Positions 19,666 to 30,261 are shown, numbered from the stretch's first letter. The stretch: 64,000 nucleotides of DNA from Smithellaceae bacterium (GCA_963667845.2 CAXXVL010000002.1:2368001-2432000), one strand, 5' to 3'. Numbers and translations are program-made. The notes: generated from the sequence alone by a model not told the origin.

Positions 19666-20676
19666 GTGGAAAACATCGAAACAAAATTGCGCGAAGAAGC
19701 AAAAAGGCTGCTTTTGGAAAAGAAGGCCGACGTGATCATCGGTTATGAAAAAGGCACTCTTCCGTTGACGGCGACGCCGTGTTTCATCACAACGCCGGAA
19801 GAAGCCGACAAGCTGGTCTGGAATAACCTCTGCACGCAGAACCTGGCCAAATTTGTCCATGATCTGGTCACGCAGCATAAGAATTCGCAGAAGCGCGTGA
19901 AACCGGAAGACCGGAAGAAAAAAGTTGTCGGCGTCGTCGCCCGCGGCTGTACCACCCGATCGCTCATCATTCACCTTCAGGAACGGCAGTATGAACGGGC
20001 GGACGTCCTGATCATCGGCGTTCCCTGCGAAGGTTACGTGGATGGCAAAGGTCTGAAAGGTAAGATCGGCGGCGCGGATATCCTGGAAGGGTCCGTTGAA
20101 GGCGGCCAGATTCAAATGAAAACGTCCGACGGCGATAAAACCGTCGCGCTCAAAGACGTTCTGGCGGATTGTTGCGTGACCTGCCGTTTCAACAATCCCA
20201 TCATTTCGGACGTCATGATCGGGTCACCGGCCCCGGCGATGAATCCCGACGCCGAATACAACGACGTCAAAGAATTTGAAGCCAAATCCATTGAAGAACG
20301 CTGGGCCTATTTTGTTAAGGAAATGGCCAAGTGCATGCGCTGTAACGCCTGCCGTCAGGCCTGTCCGTCCTGCTACTGCCCGGTCTGTTTCGTCGAGCAG
20401 AGCCAGCCGCAATGGGTAGGCATCGGCGAAGGCGAATCCGACACGGAGGTCTTCCAGTTCATGCGCCTGTACCATATGGTCGGCCGCTGCGTGGATTGCG
20501 GTTCCTGCGTCTCCGTTTGTCCGATGGGCGTGGACCTGCGCAAGTTCCTCAAGAAGATCGATAAAGATTGTTTCGAATTCTTCGGAAACCGCGCGGGCTC
20601 CGGCATGGAAGACATGCCACCCCTTGGCAAGTATGATGAACAGCACGATAAAGGTGACTTTGTCTATAACCCGTAA
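19666..20676 (+). CDS. FlxC-like 4Fe-4S protein (FrhB/FdhB-related)
   Basis: CMRCNACRQACPSCYC and GRCVDCGSCVSVCP; follows mvhD. Confidence 0.8.
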   Translation: MENIETKLREEAKRLLLEKKADVIIGYEKGTLPLTATPCFITTPEEADKLVWNNLCTQNLAKFVHDLVTQHKNSQKRVKPEDRKKKVVGVVARGCTTRSLIIHLQERQYERADVLIIGVPCEGYVDGKGLKGKIGGADILEGSVEGGQIQMKTSDGDKTVALKDVLADCCVTCRFNNPIISDVMIGSPAPAMNPDAEYNDVKEFEAKSIEERWAYFVKEMAKCMRCNACRQACPSCYCPVCFVEQSQPQWVGIGEGESDTEVFQFMRLYHMVGRCVDCGSCVSVCPMGVDLRKFLKKIDKDCFEFFGNRAGSGMEDMPPLGKYDEQHDKGDFVYNP

Positions 20677-20699
20677 TTGTTTGAGATGATGGAGTTTAC

Positions 20700-21227
20700 A
20701 TGGAAACTTTTCTGGAAGAAGTAAACAAAAAAATTCATGGTGTGCCGCTGCAGGCTTGTTATCACTGCCGGAAATGCTCGGCCGGCTGCCCGACCGCGCC
20801 GCACATGGAATATAACCCCAACAAGGTTATTAAAATGATTCAAAACGGGCAGAAGGACAAAGTGCTGAACAGTTCCACGATCTGGCTTTGCCTGTCCTGT
20901 GAAACCTGCATCACCCGCTGCCCCAACAAGGTGGATATCGCCCGCATGATGGATGTGCTCCGTCAGATGGCGATTGAGTCCGGTGTCGGTGCTCACGAGG
21001 CGAATGTCCTGAAGTTCCATGAGGCATTCCTGGCCGGTATTAAACGCGGCGGCCGCATCAACGAACCGATGATGCTGGTGCAGTACAAGCTCAAATCCGG
21101 AGATTTCTTCTCGGATATGGGCGCGGGACTGGATATGTTCCTGAAGGGCAAGATTGCTCTGATGTCTCCGAAAACAAAGGACATGAAGTCGGTTAAAAAT
21201 ATTTTTGAGAAAACGCAAAGCAAATGA
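20700..21227 (+). CDS. hdrC: Heterodisulfide reductase subunit C-like
   Basis: CYHCRKCSAGCP and WLCLSCETCITRCP. Confidence 0.9.
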   Translation: METFLEEVNKKIHGVPLQACYHCRKCSAGCPTAPHMEYNPNKVIKMIQNGQKDKVLNSSTIWLCLSCETCITRCPNKVDIARMMDVLRQMAIESGVGAHEANVLKFHEAFLAGIKRGGRINEPMMLVQYKLKSGDFFSDMGAGLDMFLKGKIALMSPKTKDMKSVKNIFEKTQSK

Positions 21228-21293
21228 TGATAGTGCATTAGGCCGGAAACGGCCGGATGTGCAGAAGTAACAGTATAGAAGGAGGCTACTCTC

Positions 21294-22142
21294 TTGAAAG
21301 TTTCATATTATCCGGGCTGCTCGCTGCACGCGACGGGAAAAGAATATGACCAGTCCATGAAGGCCGTCAGTCGCGCCCTCAACATCGAACTCAAAGAAGT
21401 TGATGATTGGTCCTGCTGCGGGGCGTCATCCGCACACAGCACCAATTTCGATTTGTCCATTGCGCTTTCCGCACGCAACCTGATTGCTGCAGAGAAAGAT
21501 GCGATGGATGTCATGGTGCCCTGCGCCGCCTGCTTCAACCGCTTTAAAATGGCCGAGCATCACTTAAAGGGCGACAAAGACCTCAAGGCAAAAATTGAAG
21601 GCGTTGTCGGCGCCAAGTACCAGGGCGGCATCTCCATTCGCAACCCCATTGATATCATCTACAATGAAATCGGCGTTGATGCGCTGGCCGCGAAAGTGGT
21701 CAAGCCGCTCACGGGGTTGAAGCCGGTTTCGTACTATGGTTGCCTGCTGCTTCGTCCGCCGGACGTCTGCGAGTTTGAAAATTACGAAAACCCCTTCATG
21801 CTCGATAAAATGATGGGAGCCATCGGCGCCGATGTGAAGAACTGGTCCTACAAAACAGATTGCTGCGGCGGGTCGCTGTCCATCAGCAAGAGCGCCATCG
21901 TTGTCGATATGTGCGACAAACTGATGGGTGCCGCCCGGGAGGCCGGAGCCAATTGCGTTGTGACCGCCTGTCCGCTGTGTATGGCCAATCTGGATATGCG
22001 GCCCTCGAGTGGCATGAAGCTCCCGGTCTTCTATTTCACCGAACTGATTTCCCTGGCTTTGGGACTTCCCGGATCGACCGAGACGTTTAAATCGCACCTG
22101 ACGGATCCTCAACTGCTTCTGAATCAGCTCAGGTTGATTTAA
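21294..22142 (+). CDS. hdrB: Heterodisulfide reductase subunit B-like
   Basis: YYPGC, CCG, CAAC, YYGC, CCGG, CPLC (two CCG domains). Confidence 0.92.
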   Translation: MKVSYYPGCSLHATGKEYDQSMKAVSRALNIELKEVDDWSCCGASSAHSTNFDLSIALSARNLIAAEKDAMDVMVPCAACFNRFKMAEHHLKGDKDLKAKIEGVVGAKYQGGISIRNPIDIIYNEIGVDALAAKVVKPLTGLKPVSYYGCLLLRPPDVCEFENYENPFMLDKMMGAIGADVKNWSYKTDCCGGSLSISKSAIVVDMCDKLMGAAREAGANCVVTACPLCMANLDMRPSSGMKLPVFYFTELISLALGLPGSTETFKSHLTDPQLLLNQLRLI

Positions 22143-22212
22143 TAAGTAAGCTGATAAACCCGACGCTTTTGAAGTTGAAAAAGTTGGATAAAAAAATAAA
22201 TTAGGGACAATT

Positions 22213-23235
22213 ATGGAAAAACGTTTGATCAAAAAAGACACACTGGCAGGCATTGCCAAGAAAATGGCCGGAGATATGCTGGTTTGGGCGCCGGTAAAAA
22301 AAGAAGATAACGTTCTTTTTACACCCCTGGAAAATGACGGCGAACCGTTCTTCGCATATTTGAATTCCAAAAACGCGCCGAAAAATGTATTCTTCCCGCA
22401 CACGGAAGCGATGCTGAAATTCACCCGCACACCGAAAGGGATGGAGTTTTCGACGGAAGTAAACGCCTCCGGTGCGTCGGTTCTCTTTGGCGTGCGCCCC
22501 TGCGACGCCCACAGCTTCGCACTTCTGGACAAGCTCTTCGACCAGGAAAAATATAAGGATGCCTATTACGTGGCCAAACGGCAAAATACAACGGTGATCG
22601 CTATCGCCTGCGTGAAACCGCCTTATGCCAGCTGCTTCTGCACGTCGGTCGACGGTGAACCCGTCGGGTCGGAGGGAGCGGATATCCTGCTCACGGATAT
22701 CGGCGGCGACTATCTGGCGGAGTTTTTTACCCCCAAGGGAGAAAAGCTGGCGAAGTATTTTGGAGACGCAAAGGCTGATGCCGCCGCGGAAGCGAAGAAG
22801 AATGAAATTGCGGCGAAAGCGAAAGAAGCCATCAAATCCAAGATTCCGGCTCACGAAGTGAAACCGATCCTGGATAAAAATTTCGACAATCCGTTCTGGA
22901 ATACGATTCACGGAAAGTGTCTGGCCTGCGGGACCTGTACTTACATGTGCCCGACCTGCCATTGCTTTGATATCAGCGACGAAGTTAAAGGGGCCGACGG
23001 TGTGCGTATCCGATCCTGGGACTCCTGCATGTTCCCGATGTTTACCAAAGAGACCTCGGGCCACAACCCGCGTCCCTCGCAGAAAGAAAGATGGCGTCAG
23101 CGCACCATGCACAAATTCAAGTACTATGTGGACAATTTTAATGCAATTGCCTGCGTCGGTTGCGGCCGTTGCGTGATGTCCTGTCCCGTGAACATTGATA
23201 TTCGTAAAGTTGTTGAAGATATTTCAAAATTATAA
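22213..23235 (+). CDS. FlxB/AsrA-like 4Fe-4S protein
   Basis: GVRPCD, CLACGTCTYMCPTCHC, RSWDSC, CVGCGRCVMSCP. Confidence 0.85.
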   Translation: MEKRLIKKDTLAGIAKKMAGDMLVWAPVKKEDNVLFTPLENDGEPFFAYLNSKNAPKNVFFPHTEAMLKFTRTPKGMEFSTEVNASGASVLFGVRPCDAHSFALLDKLFDQEKYKDAYYVAKRQNTTVIAIACVKPPYASCFCTSVDGEPVGSEGADILLTDIGGDYLAEFFTPKGEKLAKYFGDAKADAAAEAKKNEIAAKAKEAIKSKIPAHEVKPILDKNFDNPFWNTIHGKCLACGTCTYMCPTCHCFDISDEVKGADGVRIRSWDSCMFPMFTKETSGHNPRPSQKERWRQRTMHKFKYYVDNFNAIACVGCGRCVMSCPVNIDIRKVVEDISKL

Positions 23236-23250
23236 ATTAGGGAGTTAGTA

Positions 23251-24090
23251 ATGCAAAACCCGTATATACCTTATCCCGTTGTCGTGGATAAAATCATTAC
23301 TGAAGTCGATACCAAAGACATCAAGACGTTCCGTTTCAAGTTTGTCAACCCCGAGGATGAGCAGAAATATGCATACACGCCCGGCCAGTTTGGCGAACTT
23401 TCCATCTACGGCAAGGGTGAATCGCCGATCGGCATCGCTTCGTCGCCGACGCAAAAAGGTTATGTCGAATTCACCGTGCAGAAAGCCGGTGTGGTCACCC
23501 AGGCGCTCCATGAGATGGAAGAAGGCACGATGATGGGACTGCGCGGCCCCCTGGGCAACTCCTGGCCGCTGGAATTCCTGGAAGGGAAGAACGTTGTGAT
23601 CGTTGGCGGCGGTTTCGCTTTCACCACACTGCGGTCTTTGATTAATTATATGATCTTCGGCGACAACCGCAAACGCTTCGGCAACATCACCGTGATTTAC
23701 GGTGCACGAAATCCCGGTTTGCTGCTTTACAAAGATGAACTGATTGAATGGCAGAAGCGCGACGACCTGAACATCAACGTGACCGTCGATAAAGGTGATG
23801 CGACCTGGAAAGGCAAGGAAGGTTTTGTCCCCGCAGTCTGTAAGGAAGTTGCGCCCAGCAAGGAAAACGCCGTGGCCGTTATCTGCGGTCCTCCGGTCAT
23901 GATCCGGTTTACGCTGCCCGTATTCTTCGAACTGGGTTTTTCCAAAGAAAACATCATCACCTCTCTGGAAATGCGCATGAAGTGCGGCATCGGCAAGTGC
24001 GGCCGCTGCAACGTCGGCAGTAAGTATGTCTGCAAGGACGGTCCGGTCTTCTCTCTGGCGGAACTGGATAAGCTTACACCCGAATACTAG
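23251..24090 (+). CDS. FlxA/AsrB-like FAD/NAD-binding oxidoreductase
   Basis: PGQF, GLRGPLG, GGGFAF, CGPPVM, MKCGIGKCGRC...VC [2Fe-2S]. Confidence 0.88.
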   Translation: MQNPYIPYPVVVDKIITEVDTKDIKTFRFKFVNPEDEQKYAYTPGQFGELSIYGKGESPIGIASSPTQKGYVEFTVQKAGVVTQALHEMEEGTMMGLRGPLGNSWPLEFLEGKNVVIVGGGFAFTTLRSLINYMIFGDNRKRFGNITVIYGARNPGLLLYKDELIEWQKRDDLNINVTVDKGDATWKGKEGFVPAVCKEVAPSKENAVAVICGPPVMIRFTLPVFFELGFSKENIITSLEMRMKCGIGKCGRCNVGSKYVCKDGPVFSLAELDKLTPEY

Positions 24091-24122
24091 AAAAGACCCA
24101 ATTCTTCAAAAATAAATATTTT

Positions 24123-24150
24123 AAGGGAGCCCTTGGGTTCCCTTTTTTTT
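24123..24150 (+). terminator. Rho-independent terminator ending Hdr-Flx cluster 1
   Basis: AAGGGAGCCC-TT-GGGTTCCC followed by T8. Confidence 0.8.
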
Positions 24151-24198
24151 GAAGATTCAGAGAGGCAGCACCGGCGGACTTGCGAGAGAATCAGCAAT

Positions 24199-24291
24199 CT
24201 CGCAGCAAGCTCGCGAGGTATGAAATGAATGTCATTATTTTGCAGCAATCTGCGGAGAATTAACGCTCGTCGGGGCGTGAGCGGGATTAAA
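24199..24291. repeat. Dispersed ~92-bp intergenic repeat, copy 2
   Basis: Near-identical to 8044-8135. Confidence 0.9.
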
Positions 24292-24373
24292 AAAATTTGA
24301 TGTTTGGTTTTTTATGTGTTAGCAAAAACATAGAATCAGATGTTTCCGATTCAAAAATAACGGGAGAACATGA

Positions 24374-25549
24374 ATGTCACAAACAGTTACGCCGTATCTC
24401 GAGATGTCGCAGGCGATCATGGAGGCCGGGGGCGAAGCGCTGAAGAAGTGCTATCAGTGCGGGACGTGCACCGGGACGTGTCCCTGGACGCCGATTACGC
24501 ATTTTAACATCCGCAAGCTTGTGCGCTTTGGCCAGCTGGGTCTGGATGGTATCGAGGAATTCATGTGGGGGTGCTCCACCTGCAAGTTCTGCGTGGACCG
24601 CTGTCCGCGGGGTGTGGAAATCATCGACGTGGTCACGGCCATTCGCAATGTATACAGCGGCGGGGGCATGCTGCCGCAGAGTCTCAGGGCTTTTGTCGGG
24701 TCGCTCTCCGCGAGAGGCAATCCCTGGTCGGGCGATCAGGACAAGCGCAATGACTGGGCCAAAGGAAAATATCCTCTGTACACACCGGATAAAGAGTATC
24801 TGTTCTGGAGCTGCTGCACGGTCTGTTACGACCCCCGGAACACAAGGCTCGCAAGAGCCACCGCCGAACTGTTGAATGCGTCCGGCTTAAGCTGGGGGAT
24901 GCCGTCCGTTGATGTCAACTGCTGCGGGGAGAGTCTGAAAAAGGTCGGAGACCTGGAGCTCTTTGAAAGGTTGAAGAGCAATAACCTGCAATACTTTAAG
25001 TCGCAGGGTGTTTCGAAAATTATCACGGTGTCGCCGCACTGCCTGGCGTCCTTCAAGAAGGATTACGGCGAGGACTATGAGGTTCTTCACTTCAGTGAAC
25101 TCATGGCGCAGCTTACGAAGGAAGGGAAACTGACCCCGAAGAAAAATTTCGGCGGCGTGAAAGTCACCTATCATGATCCGTGCTATCTGGGCCGGCACAG
25201 CGGCATCTACGATGCACCGCGCGAGGTCCTCCGGTCCCTGCCCGGCGTCGAGTTTGTCGAGATGGGTCGCAGCCGGGAGCAGAGCATGTGCTGCGGCGGC
25301 GGGGGCGGCGGATTGTGGATGGAAAAAGCCAAAGGCGAACGCCTGAGCGATTTACGGATCGAAGAGGCACTGGCCACCGGGGCGTCCATCCTGGCGACGG
25401 CCTGTCCTTATTGTATCACCATGTTTGAAGACAGCGTCAGGACGCTGAATGCTGATGATCAAATCAAAATAAAGGACGTGACGGAGCTTTTCCTCGAAAG
25501 TCTGGAAATCAATATCGATGAACCGGTTGCAGATACATGCGCCGTGTGA
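24374..25549 (+). CDS. HdrD/GlpC-like Fe-S oxidoreductase (2x4Fe-4S plus 2 CCG domains)
   Basis: CYQCGTCTGTCP, CSTCKFCVDRCP, CCG, YHDPCYLGR, CCGGGGG, ACPYC. Confidence 0.88.
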   Translation: MSQTVTPYLEMSQAIMEAGGEALKKCYQCGTCTGTCPWTPITHFNIRKLVRFGQLGLDGIEEFMWGCSTCKFCVDRCPRGVEIIDVVTAIRNVYSGGGMLPQSLRAFVGSLSARGNPWSGDQDKRNDWAKGKYPLYTPDKEYLFWSCCTVCYDPRNTRLARATAELLNASGLSWGMPSVDVNCCGESLKKVGDLELFERLKSNNLQYFKSQGVSKIITVSPHCLASFKKDYGEDYEVLHFSELMAQLTKEGKLTPKKNFGGVKVTYHDPCYLGRHSGIYDAPREVLRSLPGVEFVEMGRSREQSMCCGGGGGGLWMEKAKGERLSDLRIEEALATGASILATACPYCITMFEDSVRTLNADDQIKIKDVTELFLESLEINIDEPVADTCAV

Positions 25550-25623
25550 GTTTACGGGTCACCTCCGGTGAATACGGAAAAGCAGTCAGGGTGATTCCGA
25601 AGTAAAAAGAGTTAGGAGAGTGT

Positions 25624-27573
25624 ATGAGCAGAATTGGTGTTTTTGTTTGCCACTGCGGTTTGAATATAGCCAAGACGGTTCGGGTGAGCGAACTGGCGCA
25701 GTTTGCGGCGACTCTGCCGGATGTCGTGGTCGCCAAGGACTACAAGTTCATGTGTTCCACGCCCGGGCAGGAAATGATTGCCAATGATATTAAACAATAT
25801 AAACTGGACCGCATCATCGTAACCGCCTGTTCGCCCCTGATGCATGAACAGACGTTCCGCAAGGTTCTGGCGGCCTCCGGCCTCAATCAGTATCTTTTGA
25901 CGATCGTCAATATCCGTGAGCAGGTTTCCTGGGTGACGCATGACATTGAAGAGGGTACAGCCAAGGCCAAGGCGCTTTTAAACGGTGCCGTCTACCGGGC
26001 GAGGCTCCTGCAGCCGCTCACCTCGCGCGTGATTGACGTCAATCCCGATGTGATGGTGGTCGGAGCCGGCATCGCCGGCATCCAGGCGGCCCTCGAGCTC
26101 GCCAATACCGGCAAGAAGGTTTATCTGGTCGAAAAGAACTCGACCATCGGCGGCCACATGGCGCAGTTTGACAAAACATTTCCGACGCTGGATTGCTCCG
26201 CCTGTATTCTGACGCCCAAGATGGATTCCGTGCTGCAGCATAAAAATATCACCATGATGACGTCCTGCGAAGTGAGCGAAGTCAAGGGATTTGTCGGCAA
26301 CTTCGATATTACGATCAAACAGAAGGCGCGCTACGTGGATCACAGCAAATGTAACGCCTGTCTGGCCTGTACGGAAAAATGCCCCGGCAAAGGCGTTTCC
26401 GAATGGGATGAGAACTTAGTCAAGCGCAAGGCCATCTACATTCCTTTCCCGCAGGCCGTGCCGCAAAAACCAGTGATCGACCGCGAGGCCTGCACCTTCT
26501 TTAAGAAAGGCAAATGCCGGCTGTGCGAAAAAGTCTGCGAACAGAAGGCCATTGATTTTGAACAGCAGGACACCTTTACCACGGTAAAAGTCGGAGCGGT
26601 GATCGTGGCGACAGGCTATGACCTGATGGACACGAAACCGCTGGTTCAATACGGTTACGGTAAATATCCCGGCGTGTATAACGCGCTGGAAGTGGAGAGG
26701 CTCTTCAACTCCGCGGGTCCGACCGGCGGCAAAGTCACGATGCGCGACGGCAAGGAGCCCCAGGCCATCGCCATCCTGCACTGCATCGGCAGCCGGGACA
26801 AAAATAACTATGAACACTGCAGCCGCGTGTGCTGCATGTATTCTCTCAAGTTCGCGCACCTGTTCAAGGAAAAGACCTCGGCCGACGTTTATCAGTTCTA
26901 TATCGACATGCGGGCCGCGGGCAAGGGCTATGAAGAATTTTACAACCGCATCATCGAAGAGGATGTGAAATTCATCCGCGGCAAGGGCGCGCGGGTGGCC
27001 GAGAGCGCCGATGAACCGGGGCGTCTGATTGTCGAAGCGGAAGATACGATTACCGGGAAATTCATCAAACTGCCGGTGGACATGGTGGTCCTGTCGCCGG
27101 CCATGAAGCCGCGCGCGGATTCCAAAGACCTCGCGAGGCTTTTTAATCTGAGCACCGACAAGTACGGCTTCTTCATGGAACGCCATCCGAAGCTGGCGCC
27201 GCTGTCCACGATGACCGAAGGCATCTTTATCGCCGGCGTCTGCCAGAGTCCGAAGGACATCCCGGACACGGTGGCGCAGGCCAACGGTGCGGCGGCGGAA
27301 GCTCTGACAATCGTGGTCAAGGACAGAATGGAACTGGAAGCAACCACGGCGATGGTGAACCCCGCATCGTGCTCGGGATGTCAGAACTGTGTGCGTGTCT
27401 GTCCCTATGGCGCTCCGTCCTATAATGTCGAGAAGCGGGTTTCCGAGATTAACGAAGCCTTATGCAAGGGCTGCGGTCTTTGCGCTTCCGTCTGTCCGTC
27501 GTCGGCGATTATCGCGAGACACTTCACGAATGACCAGGTTCTGGCAGAAATGGAAGGCCTCATGGAGTTCTAG
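25624..27573 (+). CDS. hdrA: Heterodisulfide reductase subunit A
   Basis: [41 protein letters not shown]-terminal ferredoxin. Confidence 0.93.
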   Translation: MSRIGVFVCHCGLNIAKTVRVSELAQFAATLPDVVVAKDYKFMCSTPGQEMIANDIKQYKLDRIIVTACSPLMHEQTFRKVLAASGLNQYLLTIVNIREQVSWVTHDIEEGTAKAKALLNGAVYRARLLQPLTSRVIDVNPDVMVVGAGIAGIQAALELANTGKKVYLVEKNSTIGGHMAQFDKTFPTLDCSACILTPKMDSVLQHKNITMMTSCEVSEVKGFVGNFDITIKQKARYVDHSKCNACLACTEKCPGKGVSEWDENLVKRKAIYIPFPQAVPQKPVIDREACTFFKKGKCRLCEKVCEQKAIDFEQQDTFTTVKVGAVIVATGYDLMDTKPLVQYGYGKYPGVYNALEVERLFNSAGPTGGKVTMRDGKEPQAIAILHCIGSRDKNNYEHCSRVCCMYSLKFAHLFKEKTSADVYQFYIDMRAAGKGYEEFYNRIIEEDVKFIRGKGARVAESADEPGRLIVEAEDTITGKFIKLPVDMVVLSPAMKPRADSKDLARLFNLSTDKYGFFMERHPKLAPLSTMTEGIFIAGVCQSPKDIPDTVAQANGAAAEALTIVVKDRMELEATTAMVNPASCSGCQNCVRVCPYGAPSYNVEKRVSEINEALCKGCGLCASVCPSSAIIARHFTNDQVLAEMEGLMEF

Positions 27574-27574
27574 C

Positions 27575-27696
27575 GATGACGCCATCAAACGCCCACATGC
27601 GGCGTTGCGCTCCGTTCGCGTCGCTGCGGCCTACGAAAAGCAGGCCTCACTTCGCGATACTCGCGCGCCTTGCCTCTGGACGTTTTATGACGTCAT
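27575..27696. repeat. ~120-bp palindromic MITE/REP-like element, copy C
   Basis: ATGACGCCATCAAACG...CGTTTTATGACGTCAT with core CGTCGCTGCGGCCTAC...GGCCTCACT...CGCGCGCCTTGCCTCTGGA. Confidence 0.8.
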
Positions 27697-27713
27697 AAAA
27701 AATGTAAGAAAAT

Positions 27714-27781
27714 TGTCATTGCGAGCAGCCCCTTGGGCTGCGTGGCAATCTGAGACCGTGAGATTGCTTCGCTTCGTTTGC
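27714..27781. repeat. REP-like palindromic element
   Basis: TGTCATTGCGAG...GCGTGGCAATCT...AGATTGCTTCG pattern with internal hairpin GCAGCCC-CTT-GGGCTGC. Confidence 0.6.
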
Positions 27782-27834
27782 AGAGACAAAAATAGTGATG
27801 GACGTTAAAGAGTTTTGCAGAAAGGATAATTTTC

Positions 27835-28251
27835 ATGTCATTTGAACCGAAAATACTGGGCATTGCCTGCAACTGGTGCACTTACACCGGCGCGGACCTG
27901 GCGGGGACGACGAGACTGCAGTATCCGCAGAACCTGCGTGTGGTGCGGGTCATGTGCTCGAGCCGCATTAATCCTTCGTTTATTTTCCGGGCGTTTCAAC
28001 TGGGCGCCGACGGCGTGCTGGTCGGCGGCTGCCATCCGGGGGATTGCCATTACAACACGGGTAATCTTTATGCGAGAAGACGGCTGGCCGTGACCAAGCG
28101 GATTCTGGAGTTTTCCGGCATGGAGCCGGGGCGGTTCCGGGTCGAGTGGATCTCCGCATCCGAGGGCAACAAGTTTGCCGAAGTCGTGACCGAATTTACC
28201 GAGCAGATCAAAAAACTGGGCCCCCAGACCAAGTTCAAGATTTCGCAATAA
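27835..28251 (+). CDS. mvhD: MvhD/FlxD-type [2Fe-2S] subunit, Cys form
   Basis: CNWCTYTGAD, RVMCS, GCHPGDCHY, WISASEG. Confidence 0.92.
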   Translation: MSFEPKILGIACNWCTYTGADLAGTTRLQYPQNLRVVRVMCSSRINPSFIFRAFQLGADGVLVGGCHPGDCHYNTGNLYARRRLAVTKRILEFSGMEPGRFRVEWISASEGNKFAEVVTEFTEQIKKLGPQTKFKISQ

Positions 28252-28264
28252 GTTGGGAGAGGAT

Positions 28265-29131
28265 ATGGCAATCAGCTTTGAACACATTGAAGAAAAATTA
28301 AAGACCGAGGCCCTGCGGCTTCTGACGGAAGGGACCGTGAGCATTGTCCTGGCCTACGGCAAAGGGTATGACGAGAACCATCCCATGCCCTATGTCGCCA
28401 AAACCCCGGCCGACGCGGAGAATATCGTCTTTAACGAATACTGCACCTACAACATGGCCCGCTACCTGGTCCGCTACCCGCGGGGGACGAAGATCGCCGT
28501 TGCGGTGAAGGCGGCGGACAGCCGCGCCGTGATCCAGCTTATCCAGGAAGAGAAGGTCTGCCGCGAAGACCTGGTGGTGCTGGGCATTCCCGTTTACGGG
28601 ATGAAAAACCCCCGGACGCAAGAAGCCATCGACAGCAAAACCACCTGCGGCCTCTATAATCCGGTCCTGTATGATATTCTGCTTGGTGAAGAAGTGCACG
28701 GGCAGCCGGTCGTTTCGCCGTATGACGTGCTTGCCGAGTATGAAGCGATGGACCCCGAGGCGCGCTTTGCCTTCTGGAAAAAGGAATTTGATCGCTGCAT
28801 CCGCTGTTATGCCTGCCGCAAGGCCTGCCCGATGTGCTATTGCGATCCGTGCTTTATTGATCAGAACAAACCCAAGTGGGGCGACAAGTCGCCGCAGTCC
28901 CACGGCAATCTGATGTATCACCTGACCCGGTTTCATCATCTGGCCGGCCGGTGCATCGACTGCGGCGAATGCTCACGCGCGTGCCCGGTGGATATCCCGC
29001 TGTATCTGTTCCACAAGAAGGTGGCCAAGGAGTGCGAGGAAATGTTCGGCCAGGCCGCCGGCATGAAGATCGAGGATAAGCCTGTGCTGGTGAATTTCCG
29101 GGTGGACGATTCCGATAAAATTTTGGAGTGA
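28265..29131 (+). CDS. FlxC-like 4Fe-4S protein
   Basis: CIRCYACRKACPMCYC and GRCIDCGECSRACP; paralog of 19666-20676. Confidence 0.8.
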   Translation: MAISFEHIEEKLKTEALRLLTEGTVSIVLAYGKGYDENHPMPYVAKTPADAENIVFNEYCTYNMARYLVRYPRGTKIAVAVKAADSRAVIQLIQEEKVCREDLVVLGIPVYGMKNPRTQEAIDSKTTCGLYNPVLYDILLGEEVHGQPVVSPYDVLAEYEAMDPEARFAFWKKEFDRCIRCYACRKACPMCYCDPCFIDQNKPKWGDKSPQSHGNLMYHLTRFHHLAGRCIDCGECSRACPVDIPLYLFHKKVAKECEEMFGQAAGMKIEDKPVLVNFRVDDSDKILE

Positions 29132-29148
29132 TAATAAGGAGCTCTCTC

Positions 29149-30204
29149 GTGTTAAAGAAAACAACAATCGATAAATTACCCGAACTGACGGGTCACCTGA
29201 TGGAAAAAGGAACGCTCATCGCCCCGGTCAAGGAGGCCCGCGGTTTCAATTTCCGGAAAATAACCGACCCCGGGCAGGTGGATTTAATTTTTCACAATAC
29301 CATTCTCAGTCCGAAATCGGCCTTCTTTCCCCAGATGGAAGATTTTGTCCGGTACCAGACAGGCGATTCCGTCCTGGACGCAACGCCCGTCGAGCTGCAC
29401 CCCAAGCCGACATTTCTTTTCGGCGTGCGTCCCTGCGACGTGAAAAGCTTTGAGATTATGGACATCCATTTTTCCGGGACGGGTGTCACCGATCCTTACT
29501 GGCAGAAAAGACGCGAGCATACAACGATCTTCGGGTTTGCCTTCGATACCAGCGAAGCGGCGGACCCGGCGGAATTCTACCACACACTGGGCATCGGCGC
29601 CGCCGATCCCGAAGGCAGCGACATCTTCATGCTGAGGAAGGATGATGTCCTGTTCCTCCGGGCCATCACCCCCCGGGGAGAAAATCTGCTGGCCCAATTA
29701 ACGCCGCTCGAGAACGCGACGGAAGACGAATACCAGTATTTTAACGACTACATCGCGAAGGGGCACGATTATAAAACGCGTTACACCCGTGTGGATTCCC
29801 AGAAGATTGCGAAAGAGTTTGAAGCGATCTTCCATGACGCCGATTTCTGGACGAGGGTTTCCAACGCCTGCCTGAGCTGCGGCGTCTGCACCTTTGTCTG
29901 TCCCACCTGCTACTGTTTTGATATCTGCGACGAGACGCTTTTCAGCAAGGGGACACGCCGCCGGGTCTGGGATGCCTGCTTGTTTACGGATTTCACCCTC
30001 GAAGCGAGCGGCCACAATCCCCGGACGAACGTTTATCAGCGCCTCAGGCAAAAAATATCGCACAAGTATTCTTACCACATCCGCAAATACGGCGTTATCT
30101 CCTGTGTCGGCTGCGGCCGCTGCACGCGCTACTGCCCGGTCGGCATCGACATCTTCTCGATCGTGGAGCAGGCGGTGAAGACGAAATGGCATAAACGCCC
30201 GTAA
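29149..30204 (+). CDS. FlxB/AsrA-like 4Fe-4S protein
   Basis: GVRPCD, CLSCGVCTFVCPTCYC, CVGCGRCTRYCP; GTG start after AAGGAG. Confidence 0.85.
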   Translation: MLKKTTIDKLPELTGHLMEKGTLIAPVKEARGFNFRKITDPGQVDLIFHNTILSPKSAFFPQMEDFVRYQTGDSVLDATPVELHPKPTFLFGVRPCDVKSFEIMDIHFSGTGVTDPYWQKRREHTTIFGFAFDTSEAADPAEFYHTLGIGAADPEGSDIFMLRKDDVLFLRAITPRGENLLAQLTPLENATEDEYQYFNDYIAKGHDYKTRYTRVDSQKIAKEFEAIFHDADFWTRVSNACLSCGVCTFVCPTCYCFDICDETLFSKGTRRRVWDACLFTDFTLEASGHNPRTNVYQRLRQKISHKYSYHIRKYGVISCVGCGRCTRYCPVGIDIFSIVEQAVKTKWHKRP

Positions 30205-30261
30205 AGAAAGGTTCGAGGTTCAAGGTTTCATATTTGAAGATTCAAAAGAGGATTTAATCAT

